64,000 nt of DNA from Nitrospirota bacterium (lineage in GTDB: Bacteria; Nitrospirota; Thermodesulfovibrionia; Thermodesulfovibrionales; Dissulfurispiraceae), in contig JBFLWF010000004.1 of NCBI GenBank assembly GCA_040758355.1, positions 32,001 through 96,000 on the forward strand, given 5' to 3'. This document shows positions 26,965 to 35,981 of the stretch, piece by piece. Both the position numbers and the translations under genes were made by a program. A model generated the notes under the pieces. The model was not told the origin of the DNA, did no database searches, and was given only the letters and a program-made list of their open reading frames with translations. The first letter of the stretch is position 1. Every line of letters starts with the position of its first letter.

Positions 26965-27252
26965 ATGAAAATTAAAAGCATATTGGTTCTGATTGCTATA
27001 ATTGTCTCAATAGCATCGCCATTTCATCCCGCTGTTTCCTATGCATCAGACAGCAATGGAACAAAGATCTTCACTCTCGATGTATGCAACGCATCGAGCC
27101 CATCCCTGTCCGTAAATGCAGATATGCCGTTCGTTTACGAATGTCCGTGTAAACATATCTCTTTAGGATTTGCCAGCTTTTATGAAGGGTTAAACCCTGT
27201 ATTCAATACATTCCTTGTTGTCTTCCAGAAAGAATATCCTCCGGAAGTATAA
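26965..27252 (+). CDS. Putative metal-sensing leader/arrest peptide, copy 2
   Basis: MKIKSILVL signal, LDVCN, ECPCK, FQKEYPPEV; TTGACA at 26930 and a -10-like box at 26953-26959 just before the ATG. Confidence 0.7.
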   Translation: MKIKSILVLIAIIVSIASPFHPAVSYASDSNGTKIFTLDVCNASSPSLSVNADMPFVYECPCKHISLGFASFYEGLNPVFNTFLVVFQKEYPPEV

Positions 27253-27412
27253 TCTGTAGTTCCGAAGTTGCGAGTTGTTTTTCATCTTACAGGCATTTCT
27301 GTGTCTGTATTTCGGATTGTCCATTAGGACATTCCTCCCCGTTTGACTCGGCTCCACTTCGGGAATCAACTAAATCCATTTAAATTAATTTCTGGGGTGG
27401 AGCCACCTTTTT
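27250..27412 (+). ncRNA. Structured cis-regulatory RNA / attenuator, copy 2
   Basis: Same block as 21275-21394; 17-bp stem 27350-27404 with pairing-preserving changes, then a T-run. Confidence 0.7.
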
Positions 27413-27437
27413 AAAAAATCATAATCAGGAGGGTTGG

Positions 27438-29525
27438 ATGAGGTGTTTTCTATTGATATTATTATCTGTAGTGCTTTCTTGCAGCATTGTATTTGCAGAA
27501 GAAGCAAAGAAGCTTGAGGAAGTTGTTGTAACCGCAACGAGGACCGAGAGAACAACGGAAGAAATTCCAGCAGGCGTAAGCGTTGTGACAAAAGAGGATA
27601 TAAAAGACATGAGGATGTTCGGAGTAAGAGAGGCGCTTACAGGCATTGCGGGCGTACAGTCAGAGACAAAGAACGGAGGCTATGATGCGCGACTGATAAT
27701 AAGGGGCGCAGGCCTTAAGGCGAGATACGGCATAAGAGAGATCATGGTACTCCTTGACGGTGTTCCTCTCACAGATCCGGATGGCATGACAAATCTTGAT
27801 CGTGTCGACACCCAGCTTGTTGACAGGGTTGATGTTGTGAAAGGGCCAAATTCGACTCTTTACGGCGCAAATGCAGCAGGCGGCGTTATCAACATCATTA
27901 CCAAAAACCCATTTGAAGAAATAAAAAGCGTAAAAATCGGTTACGGCAGCGACAATACGCAGTTGTATAACCTGATTTACGGGACAAGTTTTGGCGGAAA
28001 AACTTATATCACGCTTTCCGGAAGCAGGCGCTCAACCGATTCATGGAGGGCATGGAATGAGTTCAGCACCAATCAGGCAGGCTTGAAACTCGGACACATG
28101 TTTGATGACAAAACCCTGCTTGAGGCGAACATCAGTTATACAAAGTCCGATTTTCAGCTACCGGGCGTGCTTACAAAGCCACAGTTTGACAGCGATATCA
28201 CACAGCTTACCAGCGAGAGGTGGAGACATTCCGGCAGGTACAGCGAGGTATTAAATACAAGCCTGAAGTTTGAAAAAGAGATTGGCAATGTGAAACTGAA
28301 GCCTCTTGCCTATTTCCAGTCATGGCATCATTACCATCCGGTTACGGCATTTATCAATGACGGAGGAGCAAATGTCTATGGCGCGGATATTCAGCTTGAC
28401 ATAAAGCACAAGATAGCAGGCATGGAAGGGGTGCTGACAGCAGGAATTACAGGACAGATAGATGAGGCGAGCGGAGATAAATATACTTATAGGGATGTGT
28501 TTCCATCTACCGCAAGATATCCTTCCACAGCAACCCTTGAGTATACCCTTTCCGATGAAAAGGATGCGCTTGCTGAAAAGAGCAGCGATACTACAACGAA
28601 GTGGGGTATTTATCTTCAGGAATCAATAAGGCCGTCTGATAAATGGATAATAGACCTCGGAGTGAGATACGACGAGGTGGGTTTTGATATCAGTACGGAC
28701 ACTTATATAAAGTATCGCTATGCCCCTCCTGGCGCTCCTAACAGGTATTATGCGAGCACAGAGACAATCAGAAGAGATAAGACTTTTGACTATGTGAGTC
28801 CGAGAGCAGGTGTTGTTTATAAGCTGAGCAAGATTTTTAATCTCTACGGCAATATTTCGACAGGGTTTCAGACTCCACAGTCATCTGAACTCAGCACCAG
28901 TTCAGACCTGAATCCTTCCGTGACTACCAATTACGAGGCAGGAGTAAAGGCAAGGTTTGACGGAGGACACAGTTTTGACCTTTCCCTATTTCATGCAATA
29001 GTGGATGACGAGATCGTGCAGATAAGGCAGCCTGACACCAGCACGACCTACAGCAATGCAGGCGAAACAAGAAAGAGGGGTGTTGAATTATCGGGCAGGG
29101 CGCAGGTATTAAAAGGTCTTTTCCTCGGGGGCTCTTATACATACAGCGATTTTAAATTTGTGAAGTTTACAGAGGTAATAAGCGGCGTCAACAGGAGCAG
29201 GGATGACAACAGATACCCTTATATCCCGATGCATCAATACAGCCTGTATGCTTACTACAAACACCCATCAGGCTTCAAGTTCAAGGTCGATACCTACACA
29301 TGGGGGAAATATTTTGTGGACAATGCAAACTCCGATACTTATAAAGGATATACATTCCTTACAAATGCCCTTATCGGATATGAGATGAAGAATTTTGATA
29401 TAACCTTTGATGTAAACAATGTCTTTGACAAGAGGTATGCCATGGAGGTGACAAAGGAGACAGACTTGAAATATCGGCCTGGAGCGCCTATGTCAATGAT
29501 GGGAAGGATAACATATAAATTTTAA
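27438..29525 (+). CDS. TonB-dependent outer-membrane receptor
   Basis: TonB box EEVVVTA, plug VVKGPNSTLYGANAAGGVINIIT, NVFDKRY, C-terminal F. Confidence 0.93.
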   Translation: MRCFLLILLSVVLSCSIVFAEEAKKLEEVVVTATRTERTTEEIPAGVSVVTKEDIKDMRMFGVREALTGIAGVQSETKNGGYDARLIIRGAGLKARYGIREIMVLLDGVPLTDPDGMTNLDRVDTQLVDRVDVVKGPNSTLYGANAAGGVINIITKNPFEEIKSVKIGYGSDNTQLYNLIYGTSFGGKTYITLSGSRRSTDSWRAWNEFSTNQAGLKLGHMFDDKTLLEANISYTKSDFQLPGVLTKPQFDSDITQLTSERWRHSGRYSEVLNTSLKFEKEIGNVKLKPLAYFQSWHHYHPVTAFINDGGANVYGADIQLDIKHKIAGMEGVLTAGITGQIDEASGDKYTYRDVFPSTARYPSTATLEYTLSDEKDALAEKSSDTTTKWGIYLQESIRPSDKWIIDLGVRYDEVGFDISTDTYIKYRYAPPGAPNRYYASTETIRRDKTFDYVSPRAGVVYKLSKIFNLYGNISTGFQTPQSSELSTSSDLNPSVTTNYEAGVKARFDGGHSFDLSLFHAIVDDEIVQIRQPDTSTTYSNAGETRKRGVELSGRAQVLKGLFLGGSYTYSDFKFVKFTEVISGVNRSRDDNRYPYIPMHQYSLYAYYKHPSGFKFKVDTYTWGKYFVDNANSDTYKGYTFLTNALIGYEMKNFDITFDVNNVFDKRYAMEVTKETDLKYRPGAPMSMMGRITYKF

Positions 29526-29528
29526 AAA

Positions 29529-29566
29529 GGGGGATTCAGTAAGGGGGACAAAGTCCCCCTTACTGA
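29529..29566. repeat. Short palindromic element (family also at 29629, 31745, 38595, 63481)
   Basis: GGGGGATTC prefix, then TCAGTAAGGGGGAC-AAA-GTCCCCCTTACTGA. Confidence 0.65.
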
Positions 29567-29568
29567 TT

Positions 29569-30603
29569 ATGGAAATGCGATTCTTTTTGAGTTTAGTTGT
29601 AGTTTTAATTGCAGTGGTCAATTCTGAAGGAAATTTCGGAAGGGGGACAAAGTCCCCCTTCCGTGCAGAGGCTATGTTCCTCTCCGAAAATCCTCCTGCC
29701 GGACATTCAGGCGGCCATAAAGAGCACAGGGGTGGAGAAAGAAGCGATAGGAAAAGCGGGCAAAGAGGCGGCGAACATTCGGAGCACAGGGCTGCGCCCG
29801 TAAAAAAGTTTTATCTCAATATTCATGACCTTTCTGACAGCGCAAAGGCTTATGTCCTGCGGCCTGATGGCTCAATAACAGAAGGCAGATTAAGCCATGA
29901 CGAAGGCGCATGGAGCGTTACATTCGATACAAAACCGATGGACGGCTCGATGGATGGGGTTTTTAATGTCTATGTAGTGGACAAGCAGGTTTCCGACGGA
30001 ACGCTCCTTATCAGGGTTGCAAAGATGAATGCAATAAACCATAGCTGCGGATGGGGACATAAGTACAAATTCGATAAGGAAAGGCAGAGGCCGAAACATC
30101 TTGATTCAATACCGCTTGAGATAGTAGGTCATGACCTGTGGAACAGCTACTTTCATACGCAGACAATGTCAGGCGATAAATTTGTTTTTTCTGTGTTGCA
30201 TAACGGAAAGCCTGTCAGTGCCTCTGTTAAAGTGCGGACTCAGAGCGGATGGATGAAGATGTTCAAGACCGATGACGACGGCAAGGGTTCATTCCAGCTT
30301 ATAAGGGATTATTACCCTGAAAAGTGGAATGATTTCAAGGCAAGGAAGAGGAGCGGTTTCGTAATCACGGCAGAGTATGAGGCCGATGAAAAAGGCATGT
30401 ATGAAGGCAAGAGCTATAACAGGATCAAGCTTGTAACGACCATTCCATGGAGATACCAGCCCCAGCGCAGTGAATATACATCTTACGCATATGGTCTGGG
30501 AATAGCAGTTGCCTTTGCTATTGCCGGAGGTCTTGCTGTTTATATTCACCGTGAGAGGCGCAAGAGGCCTTACAGAGAGGTAAGGTTTAATGAGAAGAAT
30601 TAG
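29569..30603 (+). CDS. Periplasmic His-rich DUF4198-like protein with C-terminal membrane anchor
   Basis: Signal peptide, GHSGGHKEH...EHSEH, HSCGWGH, PLEI...NGKP...TDDDGK, C-terminal TM. Confidence 0.6.
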   Translation: MEMRFFLSLVVVLIAVVNSEGNFGRGTKSPFRAEAMFLSENPPAGHSGGHKEHRGGERSDRKSGQRGGEHSEHRAAPVKKFYLNIHDLSDSAKAYVLRPDGSITEGRLSHDEGAWSVTFDTKPMDGSMDGVFNVYVVDKQVSDGTLLIRVAKMNAINHSCGWGHKYKFDKERQRPKHLDSIPLEIVGHDLWNSYFHTQTMSGDKFVFSVLHNGKPVSASVKVRTQSGWMKMFKTDDDGKGSFQLIRDYYPEKWNDFKARKRSGFVITAEYEADEKGMYEGKSYNRIKLVTTIPWRYQPQRSEYTSYAYGLGIAVAFAIAGGLAVYIHRERRKRPYREVRFNEKN

Positions 30604-31582
30604 GGAGTTTATCTATAGCGCAGACATAAATCGCTTCAGGATTTACTTCCAAGTATTCGCTTTCGGACTGCTCATATACGGAGGCTATCTGGCCATTGAT
30701 ATAAGCACAAACCTCCCGACCTTTGCCTGTCCTTTTGTAGGAAACAGCAGGGGAGGAACCTGCTATCTGTATCCGCTTCAACATCAGGTCAATATGCCTT
30801 TTGCACAGTTTATAGGCGGAAGGGGCATCGCCTTTTTGACAGGGCTTATAACGTTTGTGCTTCTGTTCATGCTTTTCAACAAGGCGTGGTGCGGGTTTGC
30901 ATGTCCCCTCGGCACAATTCAGGACTGGATAACAAAGCTGCGGAGCAAGCTCGGCACAAGATACAGCACATACCCTGAAGGCACATTTAACGGGCTGAAA
31001 AAAATAAAGTATATACTTCTTGCTCTACTCATTCTGTTGACGCTGGGCATGAGCAACGCTGTCCCGGGTATTGGGAAACTCTCCGAGGACTTCATGACTC
31101 CTTACTGTATGCTATGTCCAGGAAGGACAGTGCTTCCGATTTTCAATGGGGACATAAAACAACTCGTTGTGGATTTCAGTTCAAAGACAAAGCTTACCCT
31201 CACAGCGCTCGGCATGGCCGTTACAGGGACTTTTTTTGTGGGGGCGTTCGTTAAAAAACGCTTTTTCTGTTTTTTCTGTCCAATGAGCGCACTGCATTAC
31301 ATATTTTCGAAGGCTGGACTTTTGAGACTGATTAAGGACGGCTCAAAGTGTACGAAATGCGGCAACTGCTACAGGGTCTGCGATGTGGGGATAAAAGAGA
31401 TAGCGGATGACGTGGTCAGCAAAAACATAGTGAAGGATGACTGCATGATGTGTTTTAAATGCGTTGCAGCTTGCCCTGAGGAGAAGTGTCTTGATGTGAA
31501 ATTTTTAGGTTTGCCTGTTTATCGCTCTACAGAGCAGGGCTTTTTCAAAAGAATGGAGGGAAAAGTTAAAAATGGAAATTGA
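30590..31582 (+). CDS. NapH/MauN-like membrane 4Fe-4S protein
   Basis: CGFACP, CMLCP, CFFCP and two CxxCxxCxxxC. Confidence 0.85.
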   Translation: MRRIREFIYSADINRFRIYFQVFAFGLLIYGGYLAIDISTNLPTFACPFVGNSRGGTCYLYPLQHQVNMPFAQFIGGRGIAFLTGLITFVLLFMLFNKAWCGFACPLGTIQDWITKLRSKLGTRYSTYPEGTFNGLKKIKYILLALLILLTLGMSNAVPGIGKLSEDFMTPYCMLCPGRTVLPIFNGDIKQLVVDFSSKTKLTLTALGMAVTGTFFVGAFVKKRFFCFFCPMSALHYIFSKAGLLRLIKDGSKCTKCGNCYRVCDVGIKEIADDVVSKNIVKDDCMMCFKCVAACPEEKCLDVKFLGLPVYRSTEQGFFKRMEGKVKNGN

Positions 31583-32888
31583 AAGACTCGAAAGAATAAA
31601 AAAGACAACTGCGGTTCATCTCGCAATGGAGGCAAAGGATGCCCTGAAAAAGATAACAGAGGATTTCCCGGATAATCCTGATGCAATGGAATACTTTTAT
31701 TCCCTGCTTCATAAGTTTTATACAGATGGCGAGCTTTTTAAAGAGGGGGTTCGTGGGGTAGACAAAGTCTCCACCACGCTCATAGGAACGATGTGCATTC
31801 AGGTTCCTGAAGAGCTTATCTATGCAGCAGGAGCAAGACCGATAAGATTATGCAGCGGCGCTTACGCATATGATCAGACAGGCGCTGAATTCATGCCTGC
31901 GAAGTCATGCTCTCTGGTTAAGGCAACACTGGGGATGCTGAATATCAAAAATATGCCTTTCAAGGATTCATTGAGCGCCATAATAGTCTCTACAACCTGC
32001 GACCAGAAGAAAAAGGCGGCGGATATGCTAAAAGAAATGGGCTATAAGACATATACGCTCGAAATGCCTTCGGTAAAAGATACCGAGGAGGCGCGCTTTT
32101 ACTGGCAGAACTCGGTAAAGAATTTTGCATCTGCGATTGAGGATATATCCGGAAACAGGATTACAAAAAAAGGATTGAACGAAGCAGTGATGAAGACTAA
32201 CAGGGCAAGGGCTGAATTCAGGAGATTCAATAACTTCAGGAAGAGCGCACATCCGCTTATATACGGAAAAGACTCATTTGTTGTAGCCAATGCCTACTTC
32301 TTTGACGGCATCGAACAATGGACAGAGGCGCTTGCAAAACTCAACGCCGAACTCGAAGATAGAGACAATAGAGGGGTATCGGTTGCTAATAGGCATGCGC
32401 CGAGGATTTTGTTTACCGGCTCTCCTGCGATATTTCCAAATCTCAAGCTTCCTCTGCTTATAGAGCAGTCGGGCGGGGTTATCGTTGCCGATGAGGTATG
32501 CTCTTCTTCAAGGCTTCTGTATGACTCTGTGAGCTTCGATGAAGGCAATCTCTATGACATGATCCCTGCCATCGCAGACAGATATTTAAAGCCGTGCACC
32601 TGCCCATGTTTTGCGGAAAATGAAGACAGGAAGAGGAAACTGCTCGAAATGGTAAGAGGCTTTAATGTTGACGGCGTTGTGTATCAGGCATTTTCAGGAT
32701 GTCATCTATACGAGATGGAGCATAAGTCTGTAGGAAAATTGCTTGAAGCAGAAGGGGTTCCGATGCTCTATATAGAGACCGATTACAGCCCTGAAGATAC
32801 CGGACAGTTGTCCACGAGGATTGAGGCGTTCATGGAGTCTATTAAAAACAGGAAGAGAAGTAAATTGCAAGGAGGATGTGACAGGTGA
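31572..32888 (+). CDS. 2-hydroxyacyl-CoA dehydratase-family protein, double-cubane-cluster (DCCP)-like
   Basis: GTMCIQVPEELIYAAG, RLC, SC, TTCDQKKK, EVC, CTCPC, GCH, IETDYS, TRIEAF. Confidence 0.8.
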   Translation: MEIERLERIKKTTAVHLAMEAKDALKKITEDFPDNPDAMEYFYSLLHKFYTDGELFKEGVRGVDKVSTTLIGTMCIQVPEELIYAAGARPIRLCSGAYAYDQTGAEFMPAKSCSLVKATLGMLNIKNMPFKDSLSAIIVSTTCDQKKKAADMLKEMGYKTYTLEMPSVKDTEEARFYWQNSVKNFASAIEDISGNRITKKGLNEAVMKTNRARAEFRRFNNFRKSAHPLIYGKDSFVVANAYFFDGIEQWTEALAKLNAELEDRDNRGVSVANRHAPRILFTGSPAIFPNLKLPLLIEQSGGVIVADEVCSSSRLLYDSVSFDEGNLYDMIPAIADRYLKPCTCPCFAENEDRKRKLLEMVRGFNVDGVVYQAFSGCHLYEMEHKSVGKLLEAEGVPMLYIETDYSPEDTGQLSTRIEAFMESIKNRKRSKLQGGCDR

Positions 32889-33700
32889 AATATTTTGCCG
32901 GCATTGATATAGGCTCTACAGCAATAAAGATAGTCCTGATAGACGAATCAGGGGACATAGTTGCACACCAGACTTCCCCTACAGGCAGCCATTTCCATAA
33001 GAACACGCTGGACAGTTTCCATATGCTGCTTGAAAGGACAGGCACAAAAAAAGAAGACGTAGCCTATATCACATCCACCGGTTACGGCAGGAAGCTTTTT
33101 AAAGAGGCTGATGAGTCCATAAGTGAGATAACCGCAAATGCCGCAGGCGCCAGAATTATCGGAAAAGATTACGGAGCGGTGCGGACAATCATCAATATAG
33201 GAGGACAGGACTCAAAGGTGATACTCATCGATGATGCAGGCCATGTAAAAAACTTTACAATGAATGACAAGTGTGCCGCAGGCACAGGAAGATTCCTTGA
33301 AATGACTGCGAGGAATTTAGGTGTGGAGGTTGATGAACTGGGGACAATGCACCTGAACGCAAAAGATATTCCCTTAACCATCAACAGCACCTGCACTGTC
33401 TTTGCCGAATCAGAGATAATAAGCCTTTTGGCAAACGGACATGAAAGGGAGGAGATTATAGCAGGAGTTCACTATTCCATTGCAAGGAGGATAGTGCGCC
33501 TTGCAAAGCGGATAGGCATTGAAGACATGGTCTTTTTTGACGGCGGCCCGGCTATGAACAGGGGGCTTGTTGCAGCCATGGAAGACGAGTTGATGAGAAG
33601 TATCATAGTGCCTGAGATACCCCAAATTACCACTGCACTCGGTGCAGCAGTCATTGCCAGAGAAGCTTTTCTTGCAGAAGGAGAGAAGGTTCATGCATGA
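32885..33700 (+). CDS. BadF/BadG/BcrA/BcrD-type ATP-dependent activator/reductase
   Basis: GIDIGST, TGYGR, IGGQDSK, MNDKCAAGTGRFLE, STCTVFAESE. Confidence 0.92.
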   Translation: MKYFAGIDIGSTAIKIVLIDESGDIVAHQTSPTGSHFHKNTLDSFHMLLERTGTKKEDVAYITSTGYGRKLFKEADESISEITANAAGARIIGKDYGAVRTIINIGGQDSKVILIDDAGHVKNFTMNDKCAAGTGRFLEMTARNLGVEVDELGTMHLNAKDIPLTINSTCTVFAESEIISLLANGHEREEIIAGVHYSIARRIVRLAKRIGIEDMVFFDGGPAMNRGLVAAMEDELMRSIIVPEIPQITTALGAAVIAREAFLAEGEKVHA

Positions 33701-34304
33701 TGCAGCAGGTCTGTTTTTATTAGGACTGCTTTACGGGACAACCGTCTGCAGCCTCACATGCCTGCCCTATCTCGGCCCTTATCTTTTAAGCACCGGCAGG
33801 GGATTTACGGACGGCATGAAATCATCGCTTTTGTTTCTGTCAGGAAAACTGATCTGTTATATGTTTATAGGAGGACTTTCCGCATATCTCGGGAACGTCC
33901 TGATGCTTGACAAAAGCATGTCTGCAAAATTGATTATGGGCATAGCAATTATTGCCTTCGGCCTCTCCATCCCTTTTGTGAGCAGGGGAGAATGTTGCAA
34001 TAAAAGGCAGGTTATGGGTAAAAACATTTCTCTGTTTCTGGTAGGCATATCTACAAGCCTTATACCATGCCCTCCGCTTGTTACAATGTTTCTGCTCGCT
34101 GCAAAGAACGGCTCTTTAATCTCCGGGATCTCTTATGGCCTGATTTATGGATTGGGATTAACCATTTCTCCGCTTATTATTGCAGGCGGGGGATTATCTG
34201 TAATTTCAAAAATTATCAAGACAGAGGTCAAGGGCTTTGTACCATATCTGCAGGGCATCTCTGTAGTGATGATAGTGATAATGGGTGCAAGAATACTTAT
34301 TTAG
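33693..34304 (+). CDS. DsbD_2/UreH-like membrane protein
   Basis: CSLTCLP, IPCPP, six TMs. Confidence 0.7.
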   Translation: MHDAAGLFLLGLLYGTTVCSLTCLPYLGPYLLSTGRGFTDGMKSSLLFLSGKLICYMFIGGLSAYLGNVLMLDKSMSAKLIMGIAIIAFGLSIPFVSRGECCNKRQVMGKNISLFLVGISTSLIPCPPLVTMFLLAAKNGSLISGISYGLIYGLGLTISPLIIAGGGLSVISKIIKTEVKGFVPYLQGISVVMIVIMGARILI

Positions 34305-34320
34305 GAGGTTTGTATAAAAA

Positions 34321-34764
34321 ATGGAATGGCTTAACAGTATAGTCGATTATGGTGTGATAGGGTTTCTGACCCTATTGAGCATTGTAGCAATTGCTATAGC
34401 AGTTGAACGGCGTCTTGTCTACAAAAACATCAGGCTTGAGGATTTCTCCGACAAAAAGGAACTTGAGCTTGCTCTTACGAAAAAGCTGCATATAATAGCC
34501 ACAATCGGCAGCAATGCGCCGTATATTGGTTTGCTCGGAACCGTGTTGGGGATTATGGTCACCTTCTACACTATGGGGCAGGAAGGCTTTATGGCAACAG
34601 GAAAGATAATGCTGGGCCTTGCCCTTGCATTGAAGGCAACTGCAGTTGGTCTGCTTGTTGCGATACCTGCTGTTACGATTTACAACTTTCTTTTAAGGAG
34701 AGTGAAGGTGCTCATGATGCAGTGGGAGATAAAGTTTGCAAAGGAGGAGGAAAAATCCCAATAA
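34321..34764 (+). CDS. exbB: ExbB
   Basis: ATIGSNAPYIGLLGTVLGIM, LKATAVGL. Confidence 0.92.
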   Translation: MEWLNSIVDYGVIGFLTLLSIVAIAIAVERRLVYKNIRLEDFSDKKELELALTKKLHIIATIGSNAPYIGLLGTVLGIMVTFYTMGQEGFMATGKIMLGLALALKATAVGLLVAIPAVTIYNFLLRRVKVLMMQWEIKFAKEEEKSQ

Positions 34765-34877
34765 CCAATCTTCAAAATAACAAATAAATTCTAAATGTCA
34801 AATTCTAATAATCAAACATTTGGAGTTTGGAGTTTATTTGGATTTTGTGATTTGTAGTTTGGGATTTGTTTTTAGAT

Positions 34878-35258
34878 ATGGAAGATAAAGAGTTTGATTA
34901 TATGAATGTCATCCCACTCGTGGATGTGATGCTTGTGCTCCTCACCATCGTGCTTACAACATCCACATTTATAGCCACAGGGGTTATCCCTGTTGAACTG
35001 CCAAAGGCATCAAAGGGCAGCGAGGAGACGTTAAAGACATTGACTATAGAGATAGACAAAAGGGGCGTTATATACCTGAATTCAAGGATTGTGTCAATTA
35101 ATGATATAAGGGAAAACATGAAGTCAATGGACAAATCCACGCCAATATTAATAAGGGCTGACAGGGATATTGCCCTTCAGGTCTTTGTAAATGTGCTCGA
35201 TGTCGTGAAAAACCTCGGATTTAAGAGGGTCAGCCTTCAGACAGAGGAGAGGAGATGA
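34878..35258 (+). CDS. exbD: ExbD
   Basis: MNVIPLVDVMLVLL, LPKA, IRAD. Confidence 0.92.
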   Translation: MEDKEFDYMNVIPLVDVMLVLLTIVLTTSTFIATGVIPVELPKASKGSEETLKTLTIEIDKRGVIYLNSRIVSINDIRENMKSMDKSTPILIRADRDIALQVFVNVLDVVKNLGFKRVSLQTEERR

Positions 35259-35962
35259 CCCATCAATCTAAGGGATTACGGTTCTCCCTTATTCTCCATG
35301 CAGTGGTGATTGCATTTATCATCGCTTTCAGCAGCTCCATTGTACCGATAAACAAACCCATTGTTATCGACTTTAATATAGAGGATTCAGCCGATGCACC
35401 AAAAAAAAGCTCAAAGGAACTGCCTGCTCCTAAACCTGCAGTCAGAAGCCAGAAGCCTGAGGTCAAGGAACAGAAAAAAGAAATAGAAAAACCAGCTCCG
35501 GTAGCTGACGTGCATCCCACTCCGATAACAGAGTCTCAGGTGCCGATTCCTTCGGTTCAGCCACGCACCGAGCAAGTTGTTGCTAAAAATGAAGGACATA
35601 CCGCTGTATCTTCAAGAACAGACGCTTCTTCTGGCAGTAAAAAAGATACCGATGCAGTTGGAAATTCGGAAGAGAAGGCGAGGATGAGATATCTCAAGGA
35701 GCATTTTGGATATATAAGGGACACAATAATGAAGAATCTCTCTTACCCGCACATGGCAAGGAGGATGGGTTGGGAAGGCAGGGTGACAGTATCTTTTATT
35801 GTCTATGAAAGCGGACATGTGGAGAATATAAAAATATTAGAGAGTTCAGGATTTGGAGTACTTGATAAAAACGCAATGGAGACCATAAAAAGGGTGTGTC
35901 CGCTTCCCAAACCGCCTGTCAGGGCGGAATTGATAATGCCTATAGTGTACAGGTTGGAGTAA
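35255..35962 (+). CDS. tonB: TonB
   Basis: N-terminal TM SLILH, Pro/Lys linker, YPHMARRMGWEG, SSGFGVLD. Confidence 0.9.
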   Translation: MTHQSKGLRFSLILHAVVIAFIIAFSSSIVPINKPIVIDFNIEDSADAPKKSSKELPAPKPAVRSQKPEVKEQKKEIEKPAPVADVHPTPITESQVPIPSVQPRTEQVVAKNEGHTAVSSRTDASSGSKKDTDAVGNSEEKARMRYLKEHFGYIRDTIMKNLSYPHMARRMGWEGRVTVSFIVYESGHVENIKILESSGFGVLDKNAMETIKRVCPLPKPPVRAELIMPIVYRLE

Positions 35963-35981
35963 GGAAATGGTATAATTATAA

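Noticed and set aside
31572..33700. Amino-acid fermentation (2-hydroxyacyl-CoA dehydratase) or benzoyl-CoA reductase pathway
   Set aside because: Only one dehydratase-family subunit is present, with no CoA-transferase or dehydrogenase, and the context is TonB uptake.
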